Notes: a model not told the origin generated them from the letters alone. 64,000 nucleotides of DNA from Candidatus Woesearchaeota archaeon (GCA_017609645.1 JAFCDQ010000002.1:1260-65259); one strand, 5' to 3'; shown: positions 38,590 through 47,148, numbered from the stretch's first letter. Program-made: numbers and translations.

Positions 38590-39414
38590 ATGGATTTAAA
38601 TCTATTATTGGAAGCACTCAGAAAAGATATTTTCGATAGTGTTGATGCTAAATTAGAACCAGTTCTGAGTCAGCTACCCCCTATAATTCTAAAGTCAAGA
38701 GAAGAATATGCACAATCATTGTTTAACCAAATAAATGATGAATCTGGATTGACCATACCCCCAGAAATTAATAATTTTGCAAAAGAATGCATAAAAATAT
38801 CCGGAGTTTCACCTTTTACTCCAGATACAATATATATTAACGAGGATTATTTTACTGGCAAGGTAGAAGCATTAGAAGAATATAAAATAGCCAGAATAGC
38901 CGCACATGAAGCAGTTCATTCACGATTATATTCAAGAGGAGTTTTAGGAGATATTATAGACCGTTTTTCTGCAGGATTAATGCTCGAACATCCAATTTTT
39001 AAATCATTAAATGAAGGTATTGCAGATTATATTTCCTCAGAAATATGTGGAGAAAGTAAAGGAAATACATCAGATACACAAATTAAAAAATTGGATAGAC
39101 TTGTAAAGGCAAAACTCCTTCTAGTAGATCTTAAATTCAAAGAAGAAAATAATATAGAGCTTGAACAAGAAATCAAAAGTTTTGAAGCAGATTTCATAAG
39201 CCCTAATGAAGAACCATATTACCATGGACGAGTATTTATGCATGTTGTTAGCAAATATTTATCTGAAACAGAAGCTATTGAATTAGCTAGGAATCCTCTG
39301 AAGAATGGTGTTGATATTAACCAATTTGCAGAATTTGGTCAAGACATATTTCGTGTCTCATTAGATGAGATTAAAAACCCTGAAAAATATGCTCAAAGGA
39401 AATTAAATTCTTGA
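38590..39414 (+). CDS. Zincin-type metallopeptidase
   Basis: AHEAVH (HExxH), LNEGIADY and a later Y..G. Confidence 0.75.
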   Translation: MDLNLLLEALRKDIFDSVDAKLEPVLSQLPPIILKSREEYAQSLFNQINDESGLTIPPEINNFAKECIKISGVSPFTPDTIYINEDYFTGKVEALEEYKIARIAAHEAVHSRLYSRGVLGDIIDRFSAGLMLEHPIFKSLNEGIADYISSEICGESKGNTSDTQIKKLDRLVKAKLLLVDLKFKEENNIELEQEIKSFEADFISPNEEPYYHGRVFMHVVSKYLSETEAIELARNPLKNGVDINQFAEFGQDIFRVSLDEIKNPEKYAQRKLNS

Positions 39415-39428
39415 TTGTTCACTCTTGC

Positions 39429-39457
39429 AAAACTTCTCTTAATCGCGATGTTAGCAG
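39429..39457 (+). other. attC-like half site (L'-spacer-R')
   Basis: TCTTAAT-CGCGAT-GTTAGCA; 20/21 identical to 40305-40325. Confidence 0.45.
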
Positions 39458-39517
39458 AAATTAATTTTGAGCACTTAAAACGAATGTTTAATAAAGCTAT
39501 TAAATCACATATTTCTT

Positions 39518-40273
39518 ATGAACAAAAAATTACCAGTTTTTATGCAAGATTCAAAAACATTCGAGATACTTAAAGAAGCTAAATCTGCCATTCCGAAAAA
39601 TACAAAAGTTTATTTAGTAGGTGGAGCAGTAAGAAATGCTCTTTACTTTAAACTTTTTAATAAAAAACTACCCCAAAGAGATTATGATATTTTACTCGCA
39701 GGAGATAAAGATAAATTTGTGAACAATTTGCGTGCGCGTGGTTTTAGTTATGGTTTTATAAGAAGAAAATATACAGTTACTCTGAAAAAGAAAAAGATAC
39801 CAAAGCCACAGCACCGATTTAATGATTATGTATTGCTTGACATACACATTTCTGATGAAAAAAACATTTTGAAAAATCTTAAAGACAATTCAAATTTTAC
39901 AATAAATGGGTTTGCTTTATCTCTAAAAGATATTAATTCAGAAAATTGGCACAAAAAAGTGATTTCCCTCCCCCTCGCAATGCAAGATTTAAAGAATAAA
40001 AAACTCCGCGTAAATGTTATTGTTCATCCTGCTAATTTATTTGCTTGTCTTAGATTTATGTCCCAAGGATTTAAACCACCTTCTAAAAAAGAAGTAAAAG
40101 AACTGTTAATTGCGCTTGGTTCGCTTGAAAAGTGGAGATATCCAAGAAATATCAAAAAACTGTTTGATTATGCAGGAGGAGAATATAAAACTAGAAAATT
40201 AGTAAAAAAACTCGGAGTAAAAGAAAATATTTTCGACTTTAACATTATTAAAACATTACGCACCAAAAAATAA
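39518..40273 (+). CDS. Class II (CCA/poly(A) polymerase head) nucleotidyltransferase
   Basis: YLVGGAVRN..RDYDI; NFTING corresponds to DFTINA. Confidence 0.8.
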   Translation: MNKKLPVFMQDSKTFEILKEAKSAIPKNTKVYLVGGAVRNALYFKLFNKKLPQRDYDILLAGDKDKFVNNLRARGFSYGFIRRKYTVTLKKKKIPKPQHRFNDYVLLDIHISDEKNILKNLKDNSNFTINGFALSLKDINSENWHKKVISLPLAMQDLKNKKLRVNVIVHPANLFACLRFMSQGFKPPSKKEVKELLIALGSLEKWRYPRNIKKLFDYAGGEYKTRKLVKKLGVKENIFDFNIIKTLRTKK

Positions 40274-40331
40274 CTCTTTTCTTAAATAAAAGGTTTTCTC
40301 GCGGAAAACTTCTCTTAATTGCGATTTGGGC
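40268..40331 (+). other. Degenerate attC-like element
   Basis: Stop codon lies within AAATAAC; central hairpin GTTTTC-TCGCG-GAAAAC; repeat of the 39429 sequence. Confidence 0.4.
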
Positions 40332-40394
40332 TTCTTTTTCCTGAGAACTTGATTTTAACATAGATTTATAAATAAACCGGCATTTGAAACTGAA

Positions 40395-40844
40395 ATGAAA
40401 CCATTTAATAGGGAAGAAGTGTCTGCGAGAAGAAAATCCAAAGACTCTGGCAGAAGAAGAGTAACTTCCAGTAGCAGAGACTCTGGCAGAAGAGGTTCTA
40501 GTAGCAGAGACTCTGGTAGAAGAAGAGTAACTTCCAGTAGCAGAGACTCTGGCAGGAGAGAAGGTTCTGGCAGAAGACCAAGTTTTAGTCGAGAAGGAAC
40601 ACGTGGTAGATTTGAAAAAAGAGATACAAAAAGAAGTTCTAGAATGGAAATGCATGAGGTAATTTGTGATAAATGCGGCAAAGAATGCGAAGTCCCATTT
40701 AAACCAACTTCAAGCAAACCTATTTTTTGCAGTGATTGTTTCAAAAAAGAAGATGGCAGATCAACAGGTAATTCTTCAATTGATCTTACAGAAATAAACG
40801 AAAAACTTGATAAGATAATGAAAGCATTGAAGATCAAAGATTAA
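40395..40844 (+). CDS. CxxC-x17-CxxC zinc-finger protein with RDSGRR repeats
   Basis: CDKCGKECEVPFKP....IFCSDCF motif; Arg/Ser repeat N-region. Confidence 0.88.
   Translation: MKPFNREEVSARRKSKDSGRRRVTSSSRDSGRRGSSSRDSGRRRVTSSSRDSGRREGSGRRPSFSREGTRGRFEKRDTKRSSRMEMHEVICDKCGKECEVPFKPTSSKPIFCSDCFKKEDGRSTGNSSIDLTEINEKLDKIMKALKIKD
40441..40578 (+). repeat. In-frame tandem repeats encoding (R)DSGRR...SSS
   Basis: AGACTCTGG(C/T)AG unit recurring at 36/30/36-nt spacing. Confidence 0.8.
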
Positions 40845-40881
40845 TTATTTTTTATATCTGTTTCTTATCCACCTTTTTTTA

Positions 40882-40905
40882 ATAACTGGCAGAGTTATGT
40901 TAAAT
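40882..40905 (+). other. Palindromic site ATAACT-N5-AGTTAT-GTTAAA (copy 1)
   Basis: Same motif at 43436; right arm TTATGTTAAAT equals the XerD box. Confidence 0.5.
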
Positions 40906-40930
40906 CCAACGTCTGACTTTCTTTTTATAA

Positions 40931-41821
40931 TCAAGATATTTTATTGTAGAGAAGTTTAGCATACTGTTGCGCATTTAAAGGCGTTCCACCTGACCTTTCA
41001 GTTGAACCTGCATTCCACCTTCCTCCAAAGTTAGGAAGAGATAATTCATTTAGATATATGCCTTCTGGAGCATTTTTTCCAAGACGTACTTTAATATTCC
41101 ATTTATTAGAATCTTTCATTGGAGCTGCTAACACAATTGCTACAGCTTCGGGCAAGAATGGAAGCAATAATGCAGCATCAATTTTTTGTTCTAGCACCAC
41201 ATAAGCTATATTTTCAAAGAATTGTATCTTACCATCTTCGACTAATTTTTTAACTTTATCACGTTCCGCATACCTTTTTTCAATATAAAAATTAGCCTTA
41301 TCACTAATGGGTTCTCCTTTAAGAAAGCGATATAATTCTTGTGCAGAAAAACAGATATCACGTTCTTCTTCAATTGCTTGTAGAAGATCTGCCATTTTAT
41401 GCTCTTCTCCACTATGATCTGCACTAATTGCAGCGTGACCAAATCTATCTTCTAGAGGAAGATATCCTCCTAGAATCATCGAAGTAAGAATAGAATCACA
41501 ATCTGTATGATTAATCACAATTTGATCTGTGACTTCTACAGAACCCTGTAACTTACCATAACGTAAAGCAAAAATAGTACTGGAAACTCTTCTTCGCATC
41601 TCAGGAATAGGGGAATGGTGATCTACATTAATTATTCCTTGATACTCTAATCCATATGTCTTAAGTTCGCCTTTTTCAGCTCCTTCTACAGAGAAGTCGC
41701 ATGCAAAAATAGTTTTACCTGAAAATTCCATCTTCAATTCTTCAGATGTAATTATTGATTTTTTAGGTATTAATTTAATTCTCTCAGTAATACCATCCAG
41801 ATTATCTTCAACGAAATTCAT
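40931..41821 (-). CDS. DHH-family phosphoesterase-like protein (permuted motif order)
   Basis: VDHH, NHTDCDS, ADH, GGRWNAGS motifs. Confidence 0.7.
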   Translation of the reverse strand: MNFVEDNLDGITERIKLIPKKSIITSEELKMEFSGKTIFACDFSVEGAEKGELKTYGLEYQGIINVDHHSPIPEMRRRVSSTIFALRYGKLQGSVEVTDQIVINHTDCDSILTSMILGGYLPLEDRFGHAAISADHSGEEHKMADLLQAIEEERDICFSAQELYRFLKGEPISDKANFYIEKRYAERDKVKKLVEDGKIQFFENIAYVVLEQKIDAALLLPFLPEAVAIVLAAPMKDSNKWNIKVRLGKNAPEGIYLNELSLPNFGGRWNAGSTERSGGTPLNAQQYAKLLYNKIS

Positions 41822-41838
41822 TTTAAATTATGACTGAC

Positions 41839-42723
41839 TTAATCGACCACATGATGTTTTACATATTCTTTAAACAGGGGATGTGACTTATCTCCAACAA
41901 TTAAAAGTCCTTTTCTATCTCTAGGAGGGATCCTTTCTCCATCAATAATTTTATCACCAAAAGGCAATTCACCATACTCTATTCCTGAAGCATAAATAAC
42001 ATCTGCACCCCATTTTGAAAGCATCCAAGGTCCAACTGCCTGATCATAAACGTGACCATATGAAGTTAAAAATCCAGGAATTTCTCCTCGAATCATTTGC
42101 AATACCATTTGAGTGGTTGAATAAATTTCGTTTACAAATCTGTCAAAATCCAATTCTAATCTTTTTTTATCATGAATAAATATTGCTGAATATTCTTCTC
42201 TATCAGAGACTAGCGCTGAACTTTTATCTAGTTTTTTTCGGTGATCTTCTTGAATTTCAAAAAATCCAGAATCATTTGCTAAAAGAAAAAGATCATGTGT
42301 GGGAAAATACAGGAGTCCACTAATAAATTCACCTACATTATCATGTTTTCTCTTCATTATACTTCCAATTATTCCATAATCATTTCTAATACCATTTTTA
42401 TATGCATAAGTACCATCTATCGCATCTAAAGTAAAACATAAATCAGATTTTCCCTCATTATCATAAAATTTTGCTTGAACTTCAGTAGGATCTTCAGTTC
42501 TTTCTTCAACACTGATTGCGAGATCTGGAAAATGATTAAACAAATGAACTAAAATTGTTTCTTGATTATGTAAGTCCACTTCTGTAAGTGCCTGGCTTGC
42601 TATACTCGCCCCTTCTTTATCATTTAAAGACTTAGCAATCCCAAAATTTGATATGGTTTTTTCTCTTGTTAATCGCATACCTTGCATGATAACGTTTTCA
42701 ATTGATTCTAGATTAATTGTCAT
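41839..42723 (-). CDS. Inositol monophosphatase/FIG family phosphatase
   Basis: TEVD..QE, SVEE, LDAIDGT, VYDQAVG motifs. Confidence 0.82.
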   Translation of the reverse strand: MTINLESIENVIMQGMRLTREKTISNFGIAKSLNDKEGASIASQALTEVDLHNQETILVHLFNHFPDLAISVEERTEDPTEVQAKFYDNEGKSDLCFTLDAIDGTYAYKNGIRNDYGIIGSIMKRKHDNVGEFISGLLYFPTHDLFLLANDSGFFEIQEDHRKKLDKSSALVSDREEYSAIFIHDKKRLELDFDRFVNEIYSTTQMVLQMIRGEIPGFLTSYGHVYDQAVGPWMLSKWGADVIYASGIEYGELPFGDKIIDGERIPPRDRKGLLIVGDKSHPLFKEYVKHHVVD

Positions 42724-42832
42724 TTTTAATATAATAGGAAGGTCTTTTATAAACTTTGTGTTTTTTACTACTCTTAAATGATTTATTATGTTGAGCAAAA
42801 ACCTTATAAACAAAATAAAAACTAAATAAAAT

Positions 42833-43393
42833 ATGACTGATAAAAAATGTATAATTGTTTATGGATGCCCTCCTACTCCTGAAGATTTAAATTATGATAA
42901 ACACTGGATTCCTTGGGTTAAAAAACAATTAATTTCAAATGGTATTGAAACAGAAATTCCTCATATGCCCGAGCCTTGGCAGCCTGAATATGAAAAATTC
43001 AAGAAAGAATTTGAAAAATATGAAGTTACAGAGAATACAATCTTAATAGGACACAGCTGCGGCACTGCTTTCTTAATTCGCTGGCTTGGAGAAACAAAAC
43101 AAAAAATTCTCAAACTTATTCTAGTAGCACCTTGGAAAATTAATCATAGAGGAGATAAATTTAGAGATGCATTTTATAATTTTCCAATCGATGAAACAAT
43201 CAAAGACAGAGTTAAAGAAATTGTAATGTTTACTTCTGATAATGAAAAAGATGCTGGAAAAGAAAGTGCGAAAATATATCACCAAGCATTCGATGGCCAG
43301 ATTATTGAACTTAAAGGAAAAGGACATTTTACCCTGAAAGATATGGGAACAGAAGAGTTTCCAGAATTAATTGAAGTTGTTTTGAAGGATTAA
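42833..43393 (+). CDS. RBBP9/YdeN-family alpha/beta hydrolase
   Basis: HWIPW, LIGHSCG, SDN, GKGHF motifs. Confidence 0.88.
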   Translation: MTDKKCIIVYGCPPTPEDLNYDKHWIPWVKKQLISNGIETEIPHMPEPWQPEYEKFKKEFEKYEVTENTILIGHSCGTAFLIRWLGETKQKILKLILVAPWKINHRGDKFRDAFYNFPIDETIKDRVKEIVMFTSDNEKDAGKESAKIYHQAFDGQIIELKGKGHFTLKDMGTEEFPELIEVVLKD

Positions 43394-43435
43394 GTTATTT
43401 TATTTTAATTCTACATAATAAATTGAAAAAGTTCC

Positions 43436-43459
43436 ATAACTATTCCAGTTATGTTAAAA
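43436..43459 (+). other. Palindromic site ATAACT-N5-AGTTAT-GTTAAA (copy 2)
   Basis: Direct repeat of the 40882 motif at another convergent gene junction. Confidence 0.5.
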
Positions 43460-43588
43460 TTAATGTTTTGCTAATTCTTTTAATAATTTTTTATCTTCTT
43501 CTATGACGAAATTAGAAGCTACTTTAAACAAATCCAAAAATTTTCTCTGTCCTTTACTTATTTTATTTTTCATCATTTTCTTTTCCAT
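43460..43588 (-). CDS. Putative small antitoxin-like peptide (42 aa)
   Basis: MEKKMMKNKISKGQRKFLDLFKVASNFVIEEDKKLLKELAKH; TATA-like box upstream; lies in the toxin-antitoxin cluster. Confidence 0.5.
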   Translation of the reverse strand: MEKKMMKNKISKGQRKFLDLFKVASNFVIEEDKKLLKELAKH

Positions 43589-43675
43589 ATTTTAAATCAT
43601 ATAAAAGAATCTTTAAAAAGTTTTCTAAATCTTCTTTTTCAGGTAATTTTGTAGTATTTTTTCTCAACCACACAT

Positions 43676-44092
43676 CTATATCTCTTTCAGGTAATTATCT
43701 AAAATTTTCTTTTTAATTACAAATATCTTATCAATAATTTCTTTACCTTGCTCAAATTCTACTTTTTCCCCATAATAATTAATGCTGTTTCTAATCCATC
43801 TTAATCTATCAAAGTCATCATAATCAAAATCATCAAGAACATCCTTCAAAAATTCACCCATACAAATATGCGACAATACTTTATATCCTTTTAAAATACA
43901 AAGAGCTTCTAAAAGTTCTCGTAAAGAATCATAAGCAAGAGAAACATAAGCAGAAACAGTTAGTTCATTAACATCAGCTGTTTTAACAGTTGTTTCTTTA
44001 ATTCCAGACATTTCAATAAGTGACTTAATCAGTTCTTTATCTATCTTTGTCCTCTTTATTAGCCCTTTTCTCAAACAATCATTTAAATCCAT
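43676..44092 (-). CDS. HEPN domain protein
   Basis: AYDSLRE..G.KV.SH..R.IRNSINYYG; overlaps the MNT gene. Confidence 0.8.
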   Translation of the reverse strand: MDLNDCLRKGLIKRTKIDKELIKSLIEMSGIKETTVKTADVNELTVSAYVSLAYDSLRELLEALCILKGYKVLSHICMGEFLKDVLDDFDYDDFDRLRWIRNSINYYGEKVEFEQGKEIIDKIFVIKKKILDNYLKEI

Positions 44093-44607
44093 TTTATCTT
44101 ACCTTGAATGACAATCCCATTCAAAATATTGTTAATTAAATGTTCATTTGTTAAATCCTTAATTTTTTTAACAATAAATAATTGAAGTTTTCTGTTTACT
44201 TTCTTTTCAAATTTCTTGATGTTTGGAAAGTCTTTTGTTTTTTCTGATATTATCAAGAAATCAAAATCACTTGTTTCAGTATCCATCCCAAAAGCACAAG
44301 AACCAAACATGACAATTGTTGGCTTAAGATAAAAATTATTTAATGCCTGAATAAATCCACTGTCTTTAATTTTTCTTAAATTATAGAAAATTTTAGTATC
44401 TTTATATAACTCACTTTCTATATCTGCTTTGTAAAGATGTAAAATTCTTTCCTTTCTCCCTCTTAATAATCCTTTTTTTTCTAAATTTTTTAATTCTTTA
44501 CTCGCAGTAGCAGGCGCAATCTTTAATAATCTAGCAACTTCTCTTGTGTTGAATTCTCTAGTCGGTTCTTCGAGAAATAACTTCAATATGTTTAATTTTC
44601 TGAACAT
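44083..44607 (-). CDS. wHTH plus minimal nucleotidyltransferase (MNT) antitoxin
   Basis: TREVARLLKIAPATASKEL HTH; FGSCAFG...SDFD. Confidence 0.88.
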   Translation of the reverse strand: MFRKLNILKLFLEEPTREFNTREVARLLKIAPATASKELKNLEKKGLLRGRKERILHLYKADIESELYKDTKIFYNLRKIKDSGFIQALNNFYLKPTIVMFGSCAFGMDTETSDFDFLIISEKTKDFPNIKKFEKKVNRKLQLFIVKKIKDLTNEHLINNILNGIVIQGKIKWI

Positions 44608-44626
44608 TTGTTCATGATAATGAACA
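44601..44626. promoter_or_regulatory. Putative operator of the wHTH-MNT/HEPN operon
   Basis: TGTTCA-N6-TGAACA palindrome plus an extra TGAACA, between the TATA box and the start codon. Confidence 0.55.
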
Positions 44627-44669
44627 GTTGTTTATAAATCTTTCTTAAACAGAGGGTCAAAAATTACTT

Positions 44670-44936
44670 CTACCACTTTTTCATTTCTTCTGTGAATTTA
44701 TCAAAATCCATTTTAATAAATTCTCCTTTTTCATATCTCTTCCAAGCTTCCTCAGTTCTTTTTGCAAACTCTAAATCTTCTTTAAATTGTTTATCTAATG
44801 CCGTAGCTTTCTTTAGAATTAATTGATTGTCGCTTTTTATAATTAAAAATTGATCTCCTTCTTTCATATCCTCACGTAATTCTGCTGGAATCACAATTTG
44901 TCCTTTTGAACTTAATTTTGTTAATGCAATTTCCAT
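44670..44936 (-). CDS. AbrB/MazE/SpoVT family antitoxin/regulator
   Basis: LSSKGQIVIPAELR..EGD motif. Confidence 0.9.
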   Translation of the reverse strand: MEIALTKLSSKGQIVIPAELREDMKEGDQFLIIKSDNQLILKKATALDKQFKEDLEFAKRTEEAWKRYEKGEFIKMDFDKFTEEMKKW

Positions 44937-44949
44937 AATTTCACCTAAG

Positions 44950-44965
44950 GTAAGATGTATCTTAC
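44950..44965. promoter_or_regulatory. Putative AbrB autoregulatory operator
   Basis: GTAAGAT-GT-ATCTTAC palindrome between the TATA box and SD. Confidence 0.55.
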
Positions 44966-45020
44966 ATATTATATAAAGGTTTTGGTTGTTTAGAAGGATT
45001 AGGAGATATTTGATTGTTTA

Positions 45021-45470
45021 CTATAGTATTTCGTCCAAACAATCAACCTCTAATTCAAATTTTCCTGTTTCTGTATGTAAATAGAATGAAGCGCAATAGT
45101 TATCAGGCACCCATTTAATTTGAAATTCCTTAAAATAATATCTAAGAACTTTTTCTACATGAGGACGACTTGATTGTTCAAATTCTTTTTGCTTTTTCTC
45201 TATTTCTGGAGATTCAAAACCTGAAATAAAAGAATTACCTGCTGCAAATACTTTCAACCTTGATAAATCTTCATAATCTTTTTTTATTTTTTGAATTTTT
45301 CCATCTAAATCAACATCTGGAAAATGACTTTCGTGCATCAGGTATCCACTTTTTGTTATTGGATCATATACCCCTATAGCTATACATGGACCTAAATGAG
45401 CAACTAATTCATCTGGATAATTAGCCTTTTTCATTTCTCCATCATCAACGTTAATAGTTTCCAAATCCAT
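45021..45470 (-). CDS. CheD-like deamidase-fold protein
   Basis: V.DGE..., LGPCIAIGVYDP..SGYLMH and LKVFAAG match the CheD LGSC...H and KxxGG pattern. Confidence 0.7.
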   Translation of the reverse strand: MDLETINVDDGEMKKANYPDELVAHLGPCIAIGVYDPITKSGYLMHESHFPDVDLDGKIQKIKKDYEDLSRLKVFAAGNSFISGFESPEIEKKQKEFEQSSRPHVEKVLRYYFKEFQIKWVPDNYCASFYLHTETGKFELEVDCLDEIL

Positions 45471-45555
45471 ATTATTAGATAATATCCTTTGATTTATAAA
45501 TTTATGCATAATTTACTACTCTACAGTAAGGTTTATATACTAGTTCTGCTTTATT

Positions 45556-46248
45556 ATGAATATGATAACAAATTTAGAAAATCTATGCACTGCGCACTTC
45601 GTACGTGAAGCTATTGATGCTCAATTCAAGGTAAATATCCCCGATTTTACTGAAAAATTAAATAAATTTATTCACGGGTATGGAAGTTTCGGCTATGATG
45701 AAGCTGACAGATATAATTTAAAGACAGATGGGAGCCATACTGAAGAAGAAGCAAAAGAAATTCTTAATCAAATTGAAGAAACACTAAAAGTAGATAAAAC
45801 TGATATTAAGCTAACAGAGATAGACAACATTCCTTATGGAATGGCTCAAGAACTTAGGCGAGAGACAGATTCTACTGCGCGAACTGTTTGTGCTGCTAGA
45901 AATACAGAAATTAAATTTGGAATAGTAAGAGGTCATGAATTAGTCGGCTTTGTTAGTGGAAATTACTGGGAAAATTGGATTGCTATTGGGGGATTATATG
46001 TTAGTAAAGAGTATAGAGGCAAAGGTCTTTCAAAAAAATTATTAAGACATTTGATGGAAAAAGCAGATGAAGAAGGTTTAAAAGGCCTTATGATGGGTGA
46101 TGCTTCTGTGGCAGGTCAAAATGCTTTGGCTGCATTAAAAAGAATTTATGATAAAGAAGGCAATACTAATATTGAATTTGAAGAAGATTATGATGAAATA
46201 AGAAATTATGCAAGTATTTCTTTTAAAGATAGATGTCTTGAAGATTAA
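45556..46248 (+). CDS. GNAT acetyltransferase with N-terminal extension
   Basis: LYVSKEYRGKGLSKKLL acetyl-CoA motif A. Confidence 0.85.
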   Translation: MNMITNLENLCTAHFVREAIDAQFKVNIPDFTEKLNKFIHGYGSFGYDEADRYNLKTDGSHTEEEAKEILNQIEETLKVDKTDIKLTEIDNIPYGMAQELRRETDSTARTVCAARNTEIKFGIVRGHELVGFVSGNYWENWIAIGGLYVSKEYRGKGLSKKLLRHLMEKADEEGLKGLMMGDASVAGQNALAALKRIYDKEGNTNIEFEEDYDEIRNYASISFKDRCLED

Positions 46249-46252
46249 TATT

Positions 46253-46986
46253 TTTTTCTTGTAATAAATCTAGAGTGATTGGTTTATGTGTTATTTAATA
46301 CACAAAGTGCGCATAATATGTGTTATACGCAAGTTTCGAGGGCTCGAATACGAAAAATACTTATATATTTAATTTAATTCAAATATAATATGAAGCATAA
46401 TAAATTATTAATTGTAATTGTATTATTAATTGTAATCTTGGTGAGTAGTTGGTTTATTTTTACTCCGTCTCCAACAAAAACAACAGTTGATAATCCAACA
46501 AAAGCAACAGTTGATAATTTTTTAAAAGAAAATAGCTGTAATCCTTCATCTCTTGAGACAGACTATGCAAGTGAATATGAGTGTGCCGCATATTTGAGAA
46601 GACATACAACTCTACTTGACAGGCAAATTATTAGTGTTCCAAAATCCACGTTTTTATTTGTCCATACACCATTTAATTATTTCAATTATGTAGAACCAAA
46701 TACATCTGATAGTCATGTGTATATTTTTGTGGTTACAAGCGACGAAGGTGCTTTAGTGTATAATCCTATAAATGGAAATTTGATAGGTAGTTATGACGAC
46801 TTAGTATCAGAGGTTGGTTGTAAAATTCAACCAAATGAAGATTTATATTTAGCTTACGAAAAGTGTAGACTTATTGAACAGCAAAAACAACTTGATATAT
46901 TAAAACTAAACTCAACTGCTAAATAACAAAACAATCTTTTTTGCTCACCCACGAAACCTCTTCGCCAGCTTTTTCTTGTAATAAAT
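46253..46986. mobile_element. Single-gene module bounded by 17-bp direct repeats and carrying a dif-like site
   Basis: TTTTTCTTGTAATAAAT at 46253-46269 and 46970-46986; AGTGCGCATAA-TATGTG-TTATACGCAAG at 46306-46333. Confidence 0.5.
46390..46926 (+). CDS. Membrane-anchored/secreted hypothetical protein
   Basis: N-terminal TM. C...H...(Y)NP spacing is loosely transglutaminase/papain-like (weak). Confidence 0.65.
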   Translation: MKHNKLLIVIVLLIVILVSSWFIFTPSPTKTTVDNPTKATVDNFLKENSCNPSSLETDYASEYECAAYLRRHTTLLDRQIISVPKSTFLFVHTPFNYFNYVEPNTSDSHVYIFVVTSDEGALVYNPINGNLIGSYDDLVSEVGCKIQPNEDLYLAYEKCRLIEQQKQLDILKLNSTAK

Positions 46987-47026
46987 ACAAAAACCTTATA
47001 AACAATCCATGTAATTCTCTGGAATA

Positions 47027-47074
47027 ATGATTAGAAAACATATGTTTGATAGTGTTAGTAAAACAGGTAGGTAA
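47027..47074 (+). other. Candidate 15-codon upstream ORF (MIRKHMFDSVSKTGR)
   Basis: ATG about 25 nt after a TTATAAA box, in the leader of the dys operon. Confidence 0.35.
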
Positions 47075-47148
47075 TTCTTAGGTCTAAATACATTGTCTAA
47101 ATTTTATTTTAATTATATCTTAAAAATATCTTAATGGAGGATTCTAAC

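Noticed and set aside
36095-46986. Complete integron, provirus or IS element
   Set aside because: No integrase, transposase or virion genes are recognisable; only site-like remnants are present.
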